Assembly (NCBI RefSeq): GCF_009914755.1
Contig: NC_060943.1
Length of the DNA: 64,000 nt
Strand: one strand, 5' to 3'
From: the human T2T-CHM13v2.0 reference genome, Homo sapiens
Position 1 is the first letter of the stretch. Every line of letters starts with the position of its first letter. Of the stretch, positions 41,113 to 56,852 are shown piece by piece. The position numbers were made by a program, and so were the translations under genes. The notes under the pieces were generated by a model. That model searched no databases, was not told the DNA's origin, and saw only the letters and a program-made list of their open reading frames with translations.

Positions 41113-43418
41113 GGTGAAAATTTCCAGGGTTCTCCAAGTCAGCCACTGCCAGTGTTTGTCTGTCTCCTGCAAAGATTTCTTCTTGGCTCCCGAATCCTTT
41201 AGTTCCTTTGAGAGAGTGGTGTCAGCCCCAAAGCTGCTCCCGAAGGCTTGGGTTGTGTAGCGACGGGGCTGTGGCCAGCGGCAGGTGGATGAGGCTCTGA
41301 CAACTGAGCTCTTGGGGGAATCTTGTACACTGTCAGCAGGGGGTGGAGCCAGGGGATTTGTCAGCAGGAACTGATGTGATTGGCTGTTCCTGGTATGACA
41401 ACGGGAGGGGCCCTCATGGAGGATTGGGGCGTAACTCAATCCATAGATGACCGATCAACAGAACCTGCCTAATCCCATCAAGAGCCAACCTGTTTCCTGT
41501 CCCCTCCCATCCTCTAGCTCTTGCCTAATAATGATAGACACTTTCTGTCATACCCAATTCATCCATCGCTGAAATAGTTTTTCATGTGTGCCTTTTATAC
41601 TTTCATGCAATAAAAATATGTTAATTTTCACGGTGGCTATCCTGGGGAATGCTATGTACATGAAATGAAGTGTCAAAGGAGCAGAAGCAGAAGGAAATTC
41701 ACAAGCTTCTCTGAGCGTCTCTGCTTCAATTCCTGCCATGTTTCCTAAACATGTTGGCTTCTTTCTTCCTACCCAAGTAAGAAGGTGCTTCAGAAGATCA
41801 ATCTTAGGGCATTTGACAAACGCTGCTGAGAATTTCAGGATGACACGAAGGAACCTTTGATTGGATTTGTGGATGTGCCTCTGAAAGCGTGTGTGTGTGT
41901 GTGTGTGTGTGTTTGTGTGTGTGTGAAGCCAGGATGAAGTGGCTGTTCCTGGGGTGGAGACCCTTCTTTCTCTTGAGAATGTTCATTGCTGTTGACTCAT
42001 TGTGGGTTTTGGAGATATTTTCTCTCTTTCTTTCGTTCTTTCAGACATTTTTTGCTTTCTCCCTCCCTCGATCCTAACCCCCCTCCTTCCCCCCCCTCAC
42101 TCCCTCCCTCCCTCTTTCCATCCTTCCTCCCTCCCTTCCCTCTTTCCTTCCTTCCTGCCTTCTTCCCTTCCCCTTCCCCTCTTCCTTCCGTCCTTCCTTC
42201 CTGTGTGTAAAAGAAAAATTGGTGAATAGAAGAATAATTGAATAACTGCCTGAGTCACTTATACATTGCTCATCTCACTCTGGGGACACAGAAGACCGTG
42301 TTGTACTCATCTCCTCGATTTTAAAAACAGTCATTCTAAAATCAAGGATTCTAGATGTATCACTTCTAGGCGAAATCTTGAAAGAGAATGTGTAAGAGTT
42401 TCATGTGCTCTTCATCTCTATGATCACAATTGAAGAAGGCAGGAGGTTGAGATGCTGCATCGCCAAGATCGTGGTGATTCCATTATCATTACCCTTGTAA
42501 CTTGTGAGCATCCTTACTGCCAGCAATCATTATTAGATATGGCATCTGATATAGGAGTTCATATTTACTGTATGAATATCTTGGTGTGGGAGTGTTGGCT
42601 CATGCCTGTAATCCCAGTGCTTTGGGAGGCAGAGGCAGGAGGCTCGCTTGAACCCAGGAGTTCGAGACAAGCCGGAAGAGCATGGCGAGACCCTCGTCTC
42701 TACAAAAATGTAAAAATCAGCCAAGTGTGCTGGTAGGTGCCTGTAGTCTCAGCTCCTTAGGAGGCTGAAGTGTTAGGATCGCTTTCGCCCGGGATGTAAT
42801 GGCTACAGGGAGTCGAGATCTTGCCACTGAACTTCAGCCTGGGCAACAGAGCAAGACTCTCTCTCAAAAATAAAATGCTTTTTCCTTTAGGCTTAAATTC
42901 TAACACTCAAACCTCCAAAGCGGAGGTATTAGGAGGTGGGGCCCTTGGGAGATGATGAGATTATGAAAGTGGAACCCTCGTAAATGGGATTAGTGCCCTT
43001 CTGAAAGTGACGGAAGAGAGCTCGCCAGCACCTTCCATGTGGGGAGACAGGGAGGATATGACAGTCTCCAACCTGGAAGAGGGTCCTCACCAGACCCCGA
43101 TCATGCTGGCACTCTCATCGTGGACTTCCGGCCTCCAGAACTCTGATCAACAAATGTGTGTTCTTAAAGAAAAAAAAAGTGTGGAAAGCAATGTTAATGT
43201 TCCCAATCACTTTCAGTACATTCTTTCCTTAACTATGTCTTAATGCATAGTTGTGTTGGATGGCCTAGTTTGTAATGTTAGAATATGCATGTTAGTGAAT
43301 TAATAAATACAGCAGTAAAGAATAGAGTTGTGGTTGGGAATGGTGTCTCACGCCTGTAATCCCAGCACAATGGCATGCCGAGGCGGGTCAATCACCTGTA
43401 GTCGGGAGGTGGAGATCA

Positions 43419-43598
<180 letters not shown>

Positions 43599-44390
43599 CT
43601 AAATTCTATATCAAAAAATTAAAAAAAAAAAAAGAAGGCTGTTTGTTGACCATTTGAGTGGCCAGTCTTGGTGCTTCCTGGTGGGCGAGGAGAGCCCTAC
43701 CCCATTCCTACCCATTCCAGTAGTCATGGCATAAGAGTGATTCTCACTTTCTGCTATAGCCTCCTTATCCATTGGCTGAAATGATTCTTTTTTAATGTGT
43801 CTTATAAATGCGTCCATAGCAAAAAAAATTGAATTGACTTTTGTAGGGACTCTTTCGGGGATTGTTACCCATCATTCCATAATTTGTTTGTACTCCTAGA
43901 AAAGGGAAGTATGCCGAGCACAGTGGATATTTCGTCTCAAATAATAAATAAATAACCAAATAGAAAAGAAAGAAAAGGAAGTAAAGGGAAATATACAAAT
44001 ATACAAGGTGTTAGGAGAGAGTTGCTAATCGTGATTCCCCCTTAATTGTCCAAACAGACCACTTCTGGGGATCTATTCGTAAAAGACTCGTTAGAAGTGC
44101 AGACTCATGCATTTGAGAATCACTCAGGGAAATCTGAAGATGACCTGTGGTGGAGGTGTAAATGGATACTTAAATGTGTCTTGTGATTGTGTGAGAGTGT
44201 GACTGTGTGTTTGTGTGTGTGCTGTCATCTGTGGAGTGGGGGATCCTCTTTTGCCTTGAGAAAGCTCATCTCTGTCCACTTACTCTGGGCTCTACCATCT
44301 GTGCCTTGTATCCAGTAGAAATAAAACAGTTTGCGGCAGAAATGGAGTTTTATTTTATTTTACTTTACTTTTTATTAGGATTATTTGTAG

Positions 44391-44591
<201 letters not shown>

Positions 44592-46167
44592 TGATCCACC
44601 CGCCTCAGCCTCCCAAAGTGCTGGGATTACAGGTGGGAGCTACTGTGCCCGGCCAGAAATGGAGATTTTTGTTCTTCTTTTGATGAGACGGAACCTCGCA
44701 CCGTGGCCCAGGCTGGAGTGCAGTGGAGTGACCTCGGCTCACTGCAAGCTCTGCCTCCTGGGGTCATGCCATTCTCCTGCCTCAGCCTCCCAAAGAGCTG
44801 GGACTACAGGCGCCCGACACCACGCCCAGCTAAGGTTTTTGCATTTATTTTTTTTTTTTTGTAGGGACGGGCTTTCACCGTGTTAGCCAGGACGGTCTCG
44901 ATCTCCTGCCCTCGTGATGCACCCGCCTGAGCCTCCCGAAGTGCTCGGATTACAGGCATGAGCCACCATGCACGGCCCAGAAATGGAGATTTTTGAGCAA
45001 ACACATTAAAGAAAAGAAACGCAAATAGACGAAACTCATTTTAACATTTTTATTTAACCCAAGGAATACAGATATAATCAACACCAATACAATTGATGTC
45101 ACAGTGATGACTAAGATACATGCTACAATCCTTCATTCTCAGATGCAAAATCTAGTATGTGTTTTACAGCAAACGTCAGTTGGAAACTGAACGTCGATCA
45201 CACATGCTTGATGTGCATGTCAATTTCATGAGAGTTACAATCTCAGGAGAAGTCTCACATAGCGTAAGAGTCCAAACATACCTTCAAGTGTTTCGACAAG
45301 TTCTTCACTACTCATTCTTAGAACTGAATTTACCAACAACAATCCCAGCCTATTCATTGCTGAACTGCATCCCATTGAAAGAATGGGTCACAGTTCCTCT
45401 CTCTAGACACTGTGGAACGACATTGAAGGCCCTTCCATCTTTTGGCGATTGTGAGGACAGGTGCTAGAAGCCTCTGCCCTCAGCCTTGTCCACGTGAGTT
45501 CTAATTCCTTTAGAACAACTATCTCAGGGTGGGAAAGATGGTTCCAATGCTAAGTGCCTATTGCATTGATTATGAATCAATGAAACTCTTTCTCCCTGGG
45601 GGTTGTCCCAGTTGGATTCCAAGCAGCACTGTCAGAGTGTTCCAGCTTCTCCACATGCTCCGCAGCCCTTGGGATGGTGAGTGATTGTCACGGTGGCTTC
45701 TGGGAGAGCTTCTTGGTTGTTGTTGAAGGTGTATTTGACGTGCATTTCCCCAGGGGAGGGACAGTGAACGCTTTTTGAAGTGGTTCTTTACATCCCCTTT
45801 GAGGAAATGTCTGCTCAAGTCTCTGGCTGGGTTTTGAACAGAATCATTTGTTTGTCCCATTGGAGTTTTGACAACTCTGTGTATTCTGAGTATGAGCAGT
45901 CCTTGCACGTATATGAGATTTGCAAATATTTTGTGCCCCAATCTCAAGGTTGCTCTTTGATACAAATCAAGAGCATCTGAGGCAGAGCAAAGGTTCAGGT
46001 GAGAGGACGGAGCATTTCTCCACCTCTCCAGCATGCGCAGCATCTCTCTCCTCCGAGATGCCGAGACATGTGTGCAGGGAGACACCATGAAAAAGCAGGT
46101 GTGCTTCATTCTGAATAGAGCGTCTCTGATTCCCGTCTGGTGCCTGAGGGTGCATGGCCCATGAGCC

Positions 46168-48566
46168 TTAGAAGAGACGTCTTCGGGCCTTGCACGTTGG
46201 CCTCCATAGAAACTTGTGGCAAATTCTGGGCTCCGGACTGGGTGATGGAGGTAGAGGTCTGAGGGCAGAGGTGGGCAGGGGCTCCAGGCCGTGGAGATCC
46301 AAGTGGAATTCTTCAGGCAGAGCCTGTCTCCAGGGACTAGGCTTGGGCATTTGGGATGAGCCCTGGGGGACGGCCGCTCTGTAGTCAGGTTTGAGGTAGA
46401 GGACACGCCAGGAAGAAGGGCTGACTCCATGCACAAGGTTTGCTGGGGGTCCCATCAGGGGCAGGAAGCCTTGGGGAACCTCACCCTCTTCTACTGAAGG
46501 CGCCACACACACATTCTCTGCTCTCTGGGCTCTCACAGATCCATTTTCAATGTCAATCTCCCAGACAGTCTCTGTACTAGTGAGCAGGAGCCAGCGGGCA
46601 TGGGCAGGGTACAAGAGATCCTTCAGGGACATCAAGAGTTGCTCAGGGACCACCAGGAGCTGCACATTGAGGAGGCTGAGTCGCAGGGCTCCCTGTGGGT
46701 CCAGCCCCAGGAACTCCTGCCCCAGGCGCAGGTGCAGGACCATTCCTGGTTCCAAGACCGCGATGATCATCTTCCTCTGGGGAAGCTGTGGGCCCTGGGG
46801 GAGAAAAGCCGTGGGTCAGTCATTGTCCTCTGAGGGTGGCTCAAACAGGGAGAGAGCAAGGCGGGGAGCTGCCAGTAACTTCCCCAGGCATAAATGAAAC
46901 CCCGCAGGGACACCCAGAATTGGCACCTGTATTGACGCCCCTTGGGACGGTGATTTCCTGCAAGTCCCCTAGGGCCTGGAGCTCAGGCAGACCTGTCTCA
47001 CCCACGCCCACCTAGGTGGTGTGACCTTACCTGGGGCAGCTCCAGGGGCAGCTGTGCAGGGTGGTGGGGAGCTGGCTGTACCGGAGCTGGTTCTGCACCT
47101 GTGGAGAGAGCAGAGTGTGCAGGTGAAAGCCCTTGTCATGCAGGATGCCCTTGAGGGTTCAAGGTGCCACCGTGAGAAAGACCAAATACAGAAGAAGCCA
47201 GGTACAGGACACCCAGCCACGGAGCTGCAGGAGGAAGCTCCCGACACTCTGGACAGCACAGCTGCTCGCCTCATGACGTGACGGGACACTGGCTTGGTAG
47301 CAGGGGACTCAGGATGAAAAAGAGAAGATGCCTCACCTGGATGAGGACCCAGCTCCTCCACTTTCTGGCGTTTTGGGGCATTTGATGGCGTGCCGCTGGA
47401 GCTGTAGGACAGAGAGAGAGACACAGTCAGATTTCGGGCAGTTCCCTAACGTCCAATTCCCTGAATCCCCACAAATTCACTCCACTTCCCTGCCTTTCAT
47501 TCAAGGCCACAGACTCGTCATCCACTTCCTGTGAGACCTGCTCCCAATCTGTCCTAACTCCCAGCTGTTCTTGTTCTCACCCCATCTACCTGAGCTTCCC
47601 TGGGTGAAGAAAAGGCAGGGAAGGAGGGTCGGTGCCCACAGGGAGCAGTTTACCCTTTCAGGAGCTCATGCAGATGAGAGTTGGAAAACTCTCCTTGGGT
47701 GTGAGGAGCTGGAGAAAGATGTTGAGATCCCGGAGAGGTGGCACCTCTGTCTACACAGGTAACAAAGGAATGGGGTCTTAGGATTCGAATCACAGCAGGA
47801 GAAGAGGAAGGAATTTGTCGGGCATGACGGCATGCGCCTGTAATCCCAGCACTTTGGGAGGCCAAGGTCGGAGGATTGCTTGAGTCCAGGAGTTTGAGAG
47901 CAGCCTGGGCAACATGGTGAAAGCTAGTCTCCACTAAAAATACTAAACATTAGTGGGTCATGGTGGTGCATGCCTGTGGTCTCACCTACTCAGGAGGCTC
48001 AGGTGGGAGGATCACCTGCGACTCAGAGGTGGAGCCCACAGTCAGCTAAAATCACGCCACTGCACTCCAGTGTGGACCATCGGAGTGAGACGCTGTCTCA
48101 GTAAAATAAATCAGTAAATAAGACAAATAGAAAAATTAAAAATGAAAAAAGGAGGAAACTGTTTTATTTTTCCTAGTAGATCTTGAAACTCTCACATCAT
48201 GTCCTACAATCTCCCTTCTTGCAGAACACAGAACCCATTCCCTGTGGAGCTGGTTGGGTGGATTGAAAGTGGGGCTGCCCTGAGATATGTGTGTGGTTGC
48301 GATGTAGAAGCCTTCCCAGCACCCTGTGATGACTTACGGGCACCTCACTTCCCTCTGGCTCCAAATTCAAAACATCCAATCTCATGGCAGGTTCATGCAC
48401 CCTTTTCCCTTCCCCTCTCTCCAACACACACCCACACATCCCACAGGCAGGTCACCCCGCAGGCGTCCCCAGCACATAGCAAAGCTCACCCGCTCTCTCC
48501 TGCGTGGTCGCTCTTGGATTCGGTGCAGGAATCACTGGGGCTTCTTGGGCGCCGGGAACCTTTCAT
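46168..48566 (-). CDS. PRR23D-like protein, copy 7; exons 48566-48490, 47401-47337, 47098-47031, 46794-46168; A176V variant
   Basis: Intact; g>a at 46478 gives EGEVPQG. Confidence 0.85.
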
Positions 48567-49339
48567 GGTGAAAATTTCCAGGGTTCTCCAAGTCAGCCAC
48601 TGCCAGTGTTTGTCTGTCTCCTGCAAAGATTTCTTCTTGGCTCCCGAATCCTTTAGTTCCTTTGAGAGAGTGGTGTCAGCCCCAAAGCTGCTCCCGAAGG
48701 CTTGGGTTGTGTAGCGACGGGGCTGTGGCCAGCGGCAGGTGGATGAGGCTCTGACAACTGAGCTCTTGGGGGAATCTTGTACACTGTCAGCAGGGGGTGG
48801 AGCCAGGGGATTTGTCAGCAGGAACTGATGTGATTGGCTGTTCCTGGTATGACAACGGGAGGGGCCCTCATGGAGGATTGGGGCGTAACTCAATCCATAG
48901 ATGACCGATCAACAGAACCTGCCTAATCCCATCAAGAGCCAACCTGTTTCCTGTCCCCTCCCATCCTCTAGGTCTTGCCTAATAATGATAGACACTTTCT
49001 GTCATACCCAATTCATCCATCGCTGAAATAGTTTTTCATGTGTGCCTTTTATATTTTCATGCAATAAAAATATGTTAATTTTCACGGGGCCTATCCTGGG
49101 GAATGCTATGTACATGAAATGAAGTGTCAAAGGAGCAGAAGCAGAAGGAAATTCACAAGCTTCTCTGAGCGTCTCTGCTTCAATTCCTGCCATGTTTCCT
49201 AAACATGTTGGCTTCTTTCTTCCTACCCAAGTAAGAAGGTGCTTCAGAAGATCAATCTTAGGGCATTTGACAAACGCTGCTGAGAATTTCAGGATGACAC
49301 GAAGGAACCTTTGATTGGATTTGTGGATGTGCCTGTGAA

Positions 49340-49395
<56 letters not shown>

Positions 49396-50885
49396 GCCAG
49401 GATGAAGTGGCTGTTCCTGGGGTGGAGACCCTTCTTTCTCTTGAGAATGTTCATTGCTGTTGACTCATTGTGGGTTTTGGAGATATTTTCTCTCTTTCTT
49501 TCGTTCTTTCAGACATTTTTTGCTTTCTCCCTCCCTCGATCCTAACCCCCCTCCATCCCCCCCTCACTCCCTCCCTCCCTCTTTCCATCCTTCCTCCCTC
49601 CCTTCCCTCTTTCCTTCCTTCCTGCCTTCTTCCCTTCCCCTTCCCCTCTTCCTTCTGTCCTTCCTTCCTGTGTGTAAAAGAAAAATTGGTGAATAGAAGA
49701 ATAATTGAATAACTGCCTGAGTCACTTATACATTTCTCATCTCACTCTGGGGACACAGAAGACCGTGTTGTACTCATCTCCTCGATTTTAAAAACAGTCA
49801 TTCTAAAATCAAGGATTCTAGATGTATCACTTCTAGGCGAAATCTTGAAAGAAAATGTGTAAGAGTTTCATGTGCTCTTCATCTCTATGATCACAATTGA
49901 AGAAGGCAGGAGGTTGAGATGCTGCATCGCCAAGATCGTGGTGATTCCATTATCATTACCCTTGTAACTTGTGAGCATCCTTACTGCCAGCAATCATTAT
50001 TAGATATGGAATCTGATATAGGAGTTCATATTTACTGTATGAATATCTTGGTGTGGGAGTGTTGGCTCATGCCTGTAATCCCAGTGCTTTGGGAGGCAGA
50101 GGCAGGAGGCTCGCTTGAACCCAGGAGTTCGAGACAAGCCGGAAGAGCATGGCGAGACCCTCGTCTCTACAAAAATGTAAAAATCAGCCAAGTGTGCTGG
50201 TAGGTGCCTGTAGTCTCAGCTCCTTAGGAGGCTGAAGTGTTAGGATCGCTTTCGCCCGGGATGTAATGGCTACAGGGAGTCGAGATCTTGCCACTGAACT
50301 TCAGCCTGGGCAACAGAGCAAGACTCTCTCTCAAAAATAAAATGCTTTTTCCTTTAGGCTTAAATTCTAACACTCAAACCTCCAAAGCGGAGGTATTAGG
50401 AGGTGGGGCCCTTGGGAGATGATGAGATTATGAAAGTGGAACCCTCGTAAATGGGATTAGTGCCCTTCTGAAAGTGACGGAAGAGAGCTCGCCAGCACCT
50501 TCCATGTGGGGAGACAGGGAGGATATGACAGTCTCCAACCTGGAAGAGGGTCCTCACCAGACCCCGATCATGCTGGCACTCTCATCGTGGACTTCCGGCC
50601 TCCAGAACTCTGATCAACAAATGTGTGTTCTTAAAGAAAAAAAAAGTGTGGAAAGCAATGTTAATGTTCCCAATCACTTTGAGTACATTCTTTCCTTAAC
50701 TATGTCTTAATGCATAGTTGTGTTGGATGGCCTAGTTTGTAATGTTAGAATATGCATGTTAGTGAATTAATAAATACAGCAGTAAAGAATAGAGTTGTGG
50801 TTGGGAATGGTGTCTCACGCCTGTAATCCCAGCACAATGGCATGCCGAGGCGGGTCAATCACCTGTAGTCGGGAGGTGGAGATCA

Positions 50886-51065
<180 letters not shown>

Positions 51066-53636
51066 CTAAATTCTATATCAAAAAATTAAAAAAAAAAAAA
51101 AGAAGGCTGTTTGTTGACCATTTGAGTGGCCAGTCTTGGTGCTTCCTGGTGGGCGAGGAGAGCCCTGCCCCATTCCTACCCATTCCAGTAGTCATGGCAT
51201 AAGAGTGATTCTCACTTTCTGCTATAGCCTCCTTATCCATTGGCTGAAATGATTGTTTTTTAATGTGTCTTATAAATGCTTCCATAGCAAAAAAAATTGA
51301 ATTGACTTTTGTAGGGACTCTTTCGGGGATTGTTACCCATCATTCCATAATTTGTTTGTACTCCTAGAAAAGGGAAGTATGCCGAGCACAGTGGATATTT
51401 CGTCTCAAATAATAAATAAATAACCAAATAGAAAAGAAAGAAAAGGAAGTAAAGGGAAATATACAAATATACAAGGTGTTAGGAGAGAGTTGCTAATCGT
51501 GATTCCCCCTTAATTGTCCAAACAGACCACCTCTGGGGATCTATTCGTAAAAGACTCGTTAGAAGTGCAGACTCATGCATTTGAGAATCACTCAGGGAAA
51601 TCTGAAGATGACCTGTGGTGGGGGTGTAAATGGATACTTAAATGTGTCTTGTGATTGTGTGAGAGTGTGACTGTGTGTTTGTGTGTGTGCTGTCATCTGT
51701 GGAGTGGGGGATCCTCTTTTGCCTTGAGAAAGCTCATCTCTGTCCACTTACTCTGGGCTCTACCATCTGTGCCTTGTATCCAGTAGAAATAAAACAGTTT
51801 GCGGCAGAAATGGAGTTTTATTTTATTTTACTTTACTTTTTATTAGGATTATTTGTAGACCGGGTCTCACTCTGTCACTCAGGCTGGAGTGCAACGGCAC
51901 GATCTCAGATCACTGCAACCTGTGCCTCCTGCACTGAAGCCATCCTCCCACCTCAGCCTCTGGAGTGGGGAGATCCCACACCTGTGTAATTTTTGCATTT
52001 TTTCTAGAGATGGGGTTTCCTCATGCTGCCCGGGCTGGTTTCCAACGCCCGGGCTCAAGTGATCCACCCGCCGCAGCCTCCCAAAGTGCTGGGATTACAG
52101 GTGGGAGCTACTGTGCCCGGCCAGAAATGGAGATTTTTGTTCTTCTTTTGATGAGACGGAACCTCGCACCGTGGCCCAGGCTGGAGTGCAGTGGAGTGAC
52201 CTCGGCTCACTGCAAGCTCTGCCTCCTGGGGTCATGCCATTCTCCTGCCTCAGCCTCCCAAAGAGCTGGGACTACAGGCGCCCGACACCACGCCCAGCTA
52301 AGGTTTTTGCATTTATTATTTTTTTTTTTGTAGGGACGGGCTTTCACCGTGTTAGCCAGGACGGTCTCGATCTCCTGCCCTCGTGATGCACCCGCCTGAG
52401 CCTCCCGAAGTGCTCGGATTACAGGCATGAGCCACCATGCACGGCCCAGAAATGGAGATTTTTGAGCAAACACATTAAAGAAAAGAAACGCAAATAGACG
52501 AAACTCATTTTAACATTTTTATTTAACCCAAGGAATACAGATATAATCAACACCAATACAATTGATGTCACAGTGATGACTAAGATACATGCTACAATCC
52601 TTCATTCTCAGATGCAAAATCTAGTATGTGTTTTACAGCAAACGTCAGTTGGAAACTGAACGTCGATCACACATGCTTGATGTGCATGTCAATTTCATGA
52701 GAGTTACAATCTCAGGAGAAGTCTCACATAGCGTAAGAGTCCAAACATACCTTCAAGTGTTTCGACAAGTTCTTCACTACTCATTCTTAGAACTGAATTT
52801 ACCAACAACAATCCCAGCCTATTCATTGCTGAACTGCATCCCATTGAAAGAATGGGTCACAGTTCCTCTCTCTAGACACTGTGGAACGACATTGAAGGCC
52901 CTTCCATCTTTTGGCGATTGTGAGGACAGGTGCTAGAAGCCTCTGCCCTCAGCCTTGTCCACGTGAGTTCTAATTCCTTTAGAACAACTATCTCAGGGTG
53001 GGAAAGATGGTTCCAATGCTAAGTGCCTATTGCATTGATTATGAATCAATGAAACTCTTTCTCCCTGGGGGTTGTCCCAGTTGGATTCCAAGCAGCACTG
53101 TCAGAGTGTTCCAGCTTCTCCACATGCTCCGCAGCCCTTGGGATGGTGAGTGATTGTCACGGTGGCTTCTGGGAGAGCTTCTTGGTTGTGGTTGAAGGTG
53201 TATTTGACGTGCATTTCCCCAGGGGAGGGACAGTGAACGCTTTTTGAAGTGGTTCTTTACATCCCCTTTGAGGAAATGTCTGCTCAAGTCTCTGGCTGGG
53301 TTTTGAACAGAATCATTTGTTTGTCCCATTGGAGTTTTGACAACTCTGTGTATTCTGAGTATGAGCAGTCCTTGCACGTATATGAGATTTGCAAATATTT
53401 TGTGCCCCAATCTCAAGGTTGCTCTTTGATACAAATCAAGAGCATCTGAGGCAGAGCAAAGGTTCAGGTGAGAGGACGGAGCATTTCTCCACCTCTCCAG
53501 CATGCGCAGCATCTCTCTCCTCCGAGATGCCGAGACATGTGTGCAGGGAGACACCATGAAAAAGCAGGTGTGCTTCATTCTGAATAGAGCGTCTCTGATT
53601 CCCGTCTGGTGCCTGAGGGTGCATGGCCCATGAGCC

Positions 53637-56031
53637 TTAGAAGAGACGTCTTCGGGCCTTGCACGTTGGCCTCCATAGAAACTTGTGGCAAATTCTGGGC
53701 TCCGGACTGGGTGATGGAGTTAGAGGTCTGAGGGCAGAGGTGGGCAGGGGCTCCAGGCCGTGGAGATCCAAGTGGAATTCTTCAGGCAGAGCCTGTCTCC
53801 AGGGACTAGGCTTGGGCATTTGGGATGAGCCCTGGGGGACGGCCGCTCTGTAGTCAGGTTTGAGGTAGAGGACACGCCAGGAAGAAGGGCTGACTCCATG
53901 CACAAGGTTTGCTGGGGGTCCCATCAGGGGCAGGAAGCCTTGGGGAGCCTCACCCTCTTCTACTGAAGGCGCCACACACACATTCTCTGCTCTCTGGGCT
54001 CTCACAGATCCATTTTCAATGTCAATCTCCCAGACAGTCTCTGTACTAGTGAGCAGGAGCCAGCGGGCATGGGCAGGGTACAAGAGATCCTTCAGGGACA
54101 TCAAGAGTTGCTCAGGGACCACCAGGAGCTGCACATTGAGGAGGCTGAGTCGCAGGGCTCCCTGTGGGTCCAGCCCCAGGAACTCCTGCCCCAGGCGCAG
54201 GTGCAGGACCATTCCTGGTTCCAAGACCGCGATGATCATCTTCCTCTGGGGAAGCTGTGGGCCCTGGGGGAGAAAAGCCGTGGGTCAGTCATTGTCCTCT
54301 GAGGGTGGCTCAAACAGGGAGAGAGCAAGGCGGGGAGCTGCCAGTAACTTCCCCAGGCATAAATGAAACCCCGCAGGGACACCCAGAATTGGCACCTGTA
54401 TTGACGCCCCTTGGGACGGTGATTTCCTGCAAGTCCCCTAGGGCCTGGAGCTCAGGCAGACCTGTCTCACCCACGCCCACCTAGGTGGTGTGACCTTACC
54501 TGGGGCAGCTCCAGGGGCAGCTGTGCAGGGTGGTGGGGAGCTGGCTGTACCGGAGCTGGTTCTGCACCTGTGGAGAGAGCAGAGTGTGCAGGTGAAAGCC
54601 CTTGTCATGCAGGATGCCCTTGAGGGTTCAAGGTGCCACCGTGAGAAAGACCAAATACAGAAGAAGCCAGGTACAGGACACCCAGCCACGGAGCTGCAGG
54701 AGGAAGCTCCCGACACTCTGGACAGCACAGCTGCTCGCCTCATGACGTGACGGGACACTGGCTTGGTAGCAGGGGACTCAGGATGAAAAAGAGAAGATGC
54801 CTCACCTGGATGAGGACCCAGCTCCTCCACTTTCTGGCGTTTTGGGGCATTTGATGGCGTGCCGCTGGAGCTGTAGGACAGAGAGACACAGTCAGATTTC
54901 GGGCAGTTCCCTAACGTCCAATTCCCTGAATCCCCACAAATTCACTCCACTTCCCTGCCTTTCATTCAAGGCCACAGACTCGTCATCCACTTCCTGTGAG
55001 ACCTGCTCCCAATCTGTCCTAACTCCCAGCTGTTCTTGTTCTCACCCCATCTACCTGAGCTTCCCTGGGTGAAGAAAAGGCAGGGAAGGAGGGTCGGTGC
55101 CCACAGGGAGCAGTTTACCCTTTCAGGAGCTCATGCAGATGAGAGTTGGAAAACTCTCCTTGGGTGTGAGGAGCTGGAGAAAGATGTTGAGATCCCGGAG
55201 AGGTGGCACCTCTGTCTACACAGGTAACAAAGGAATGGGGTCTTAGGATTCGAATCACAGCAGGAGAAGAGGAAGGAATTTGTCGGGCATGACGGCATGC
55301 GCCTGTAATCCCAGCACTTTGGGAGGCCAAGGTCGGAGGATTGCTTGAGTCCAGGAGTTTGAGAGCAGCCTGGGCAACATGGTGAAAGCTAGTCTCCACT
55401 AAAAATACTAAACATTAGTGGGTCATGGTGGTGCATGCCTGTGGTCTCACCTACTCAGGAGGCTCAGGTGGGAGGATCACCTGCGACTCAGAGGTGGAGC
55501 CCGCAGTCAGCTAAAATCACGCCACTGCACTCCAGTGTGGACCATCGGAGTGAGACGCTGTCTCAATAAAATAAATCAGTAAATAAGACAAATAGAAAAA
55601 TTAAAAATGAAAAAAGGAGGAAACTGTTTTATTTTTCCTAGTAGATCTTGAAACTCTCACATCATGTCCTACAATCTCCCTTCTTGCAGAACACAGAACC
55701 CATTCCCTGTGGAGCTGGTTGGGTGGATTGAAAGTGGGGCTGCCCTGAGATATGTGTGTGGTTGCGATGTAGAAGCCTTCCCAGCACCCTGTGATGACTT
55801 ACGGGCACCTCACTTCCCTCTGGCCCCAAATTCAAAACATCCAATCTCATGGCAGGTTCATGCACCCTTTTCCCTTCCCCTCTCTCCAACACACACCCAC
55901 ACATCCCACAGGCAGGTCACCCCGCAGGCGTCCCCAGCACATAGCAAAGCTCACCCGCTCTCTCCTGCGTGGTCGCTCTTGGATTCGGTGCAGGAATCAC
56001 TGGGGCTTCTTGGGCGCCGGGAACCTTTCAT
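53637..56031 (-). CDS. PRR23D-like protein, copy 8; exons 56031-55955, 54870-54806, 54567-54500, 54263-53637; P252T variant
   Basis: Intact; t at 53720 gives P252T. Confidence 0.85.
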
Positions 56032-56804
56032 GGTGAAAATTTCCAGGGTTCTCCAAGTCAGCCACTGCCAGTGTTTGTCTGTCTCCTGCAAAGATTTCTT
56101 CTTGGCTCCCGAATCCTTTAGTTCCTTTGAGAGAGTGGTGTCAGCCCCAAAGCTGCTCCCGAAGGCTTGGGTTGTGTAGCGACGGGGCTGTGGCCAGCGG
56201 CAGGTGGATGAGGCTCTGACAACTGAGCTCTTGGGGGAATCTTGTACACTGTCAGCAGGGGGTGGAGCCAGGGGATTTGTCAGCAGGAACTGATGTGATT
56301 GGCTGTTCCTGGTATGACAACGGGAGGGGCCCTCATGGAGGATTGGGGCGTAACTCAATCCATAGATGACCGATCAACAGAACCTGCCTAATCCCATCAA
56401 GAGCCAACCTGTTTCCTGTCCCCTCCCATCCTCTAGGTCTTGCCTAATAATGATAGACACTTTCTGTCATACCCAATTCATCCATCGCTGAAATAGTTTT
56501 TCATGTGTGCCTTTTATATTTTCATGCAATAAAAATATGTTAATTTTCACGGGGGCTATCCTGGGGAATGCTATGTACATGAAATGAAGTGTCAAAGGAG
56601 CAGAAGCAGAAGGAAATTCACAAGCTTCTCTGAGCGTCTCTGCTTCAATTCCTGCCATGTTTCCTAAACATGTTGGCTTCTTTCTTCCTACCCAAGTAAG
56701 AAGGTGCTTCAGAAGATCAATCTTAGGGCATTTGACAAACGCTGCTGAGAATTTCAGGATGACACGAAGGAACCTTTGATTGGATTTGTGGATGTGCCTG
56801 TGAA

Positions 56805-56852
<48 letters not shown>

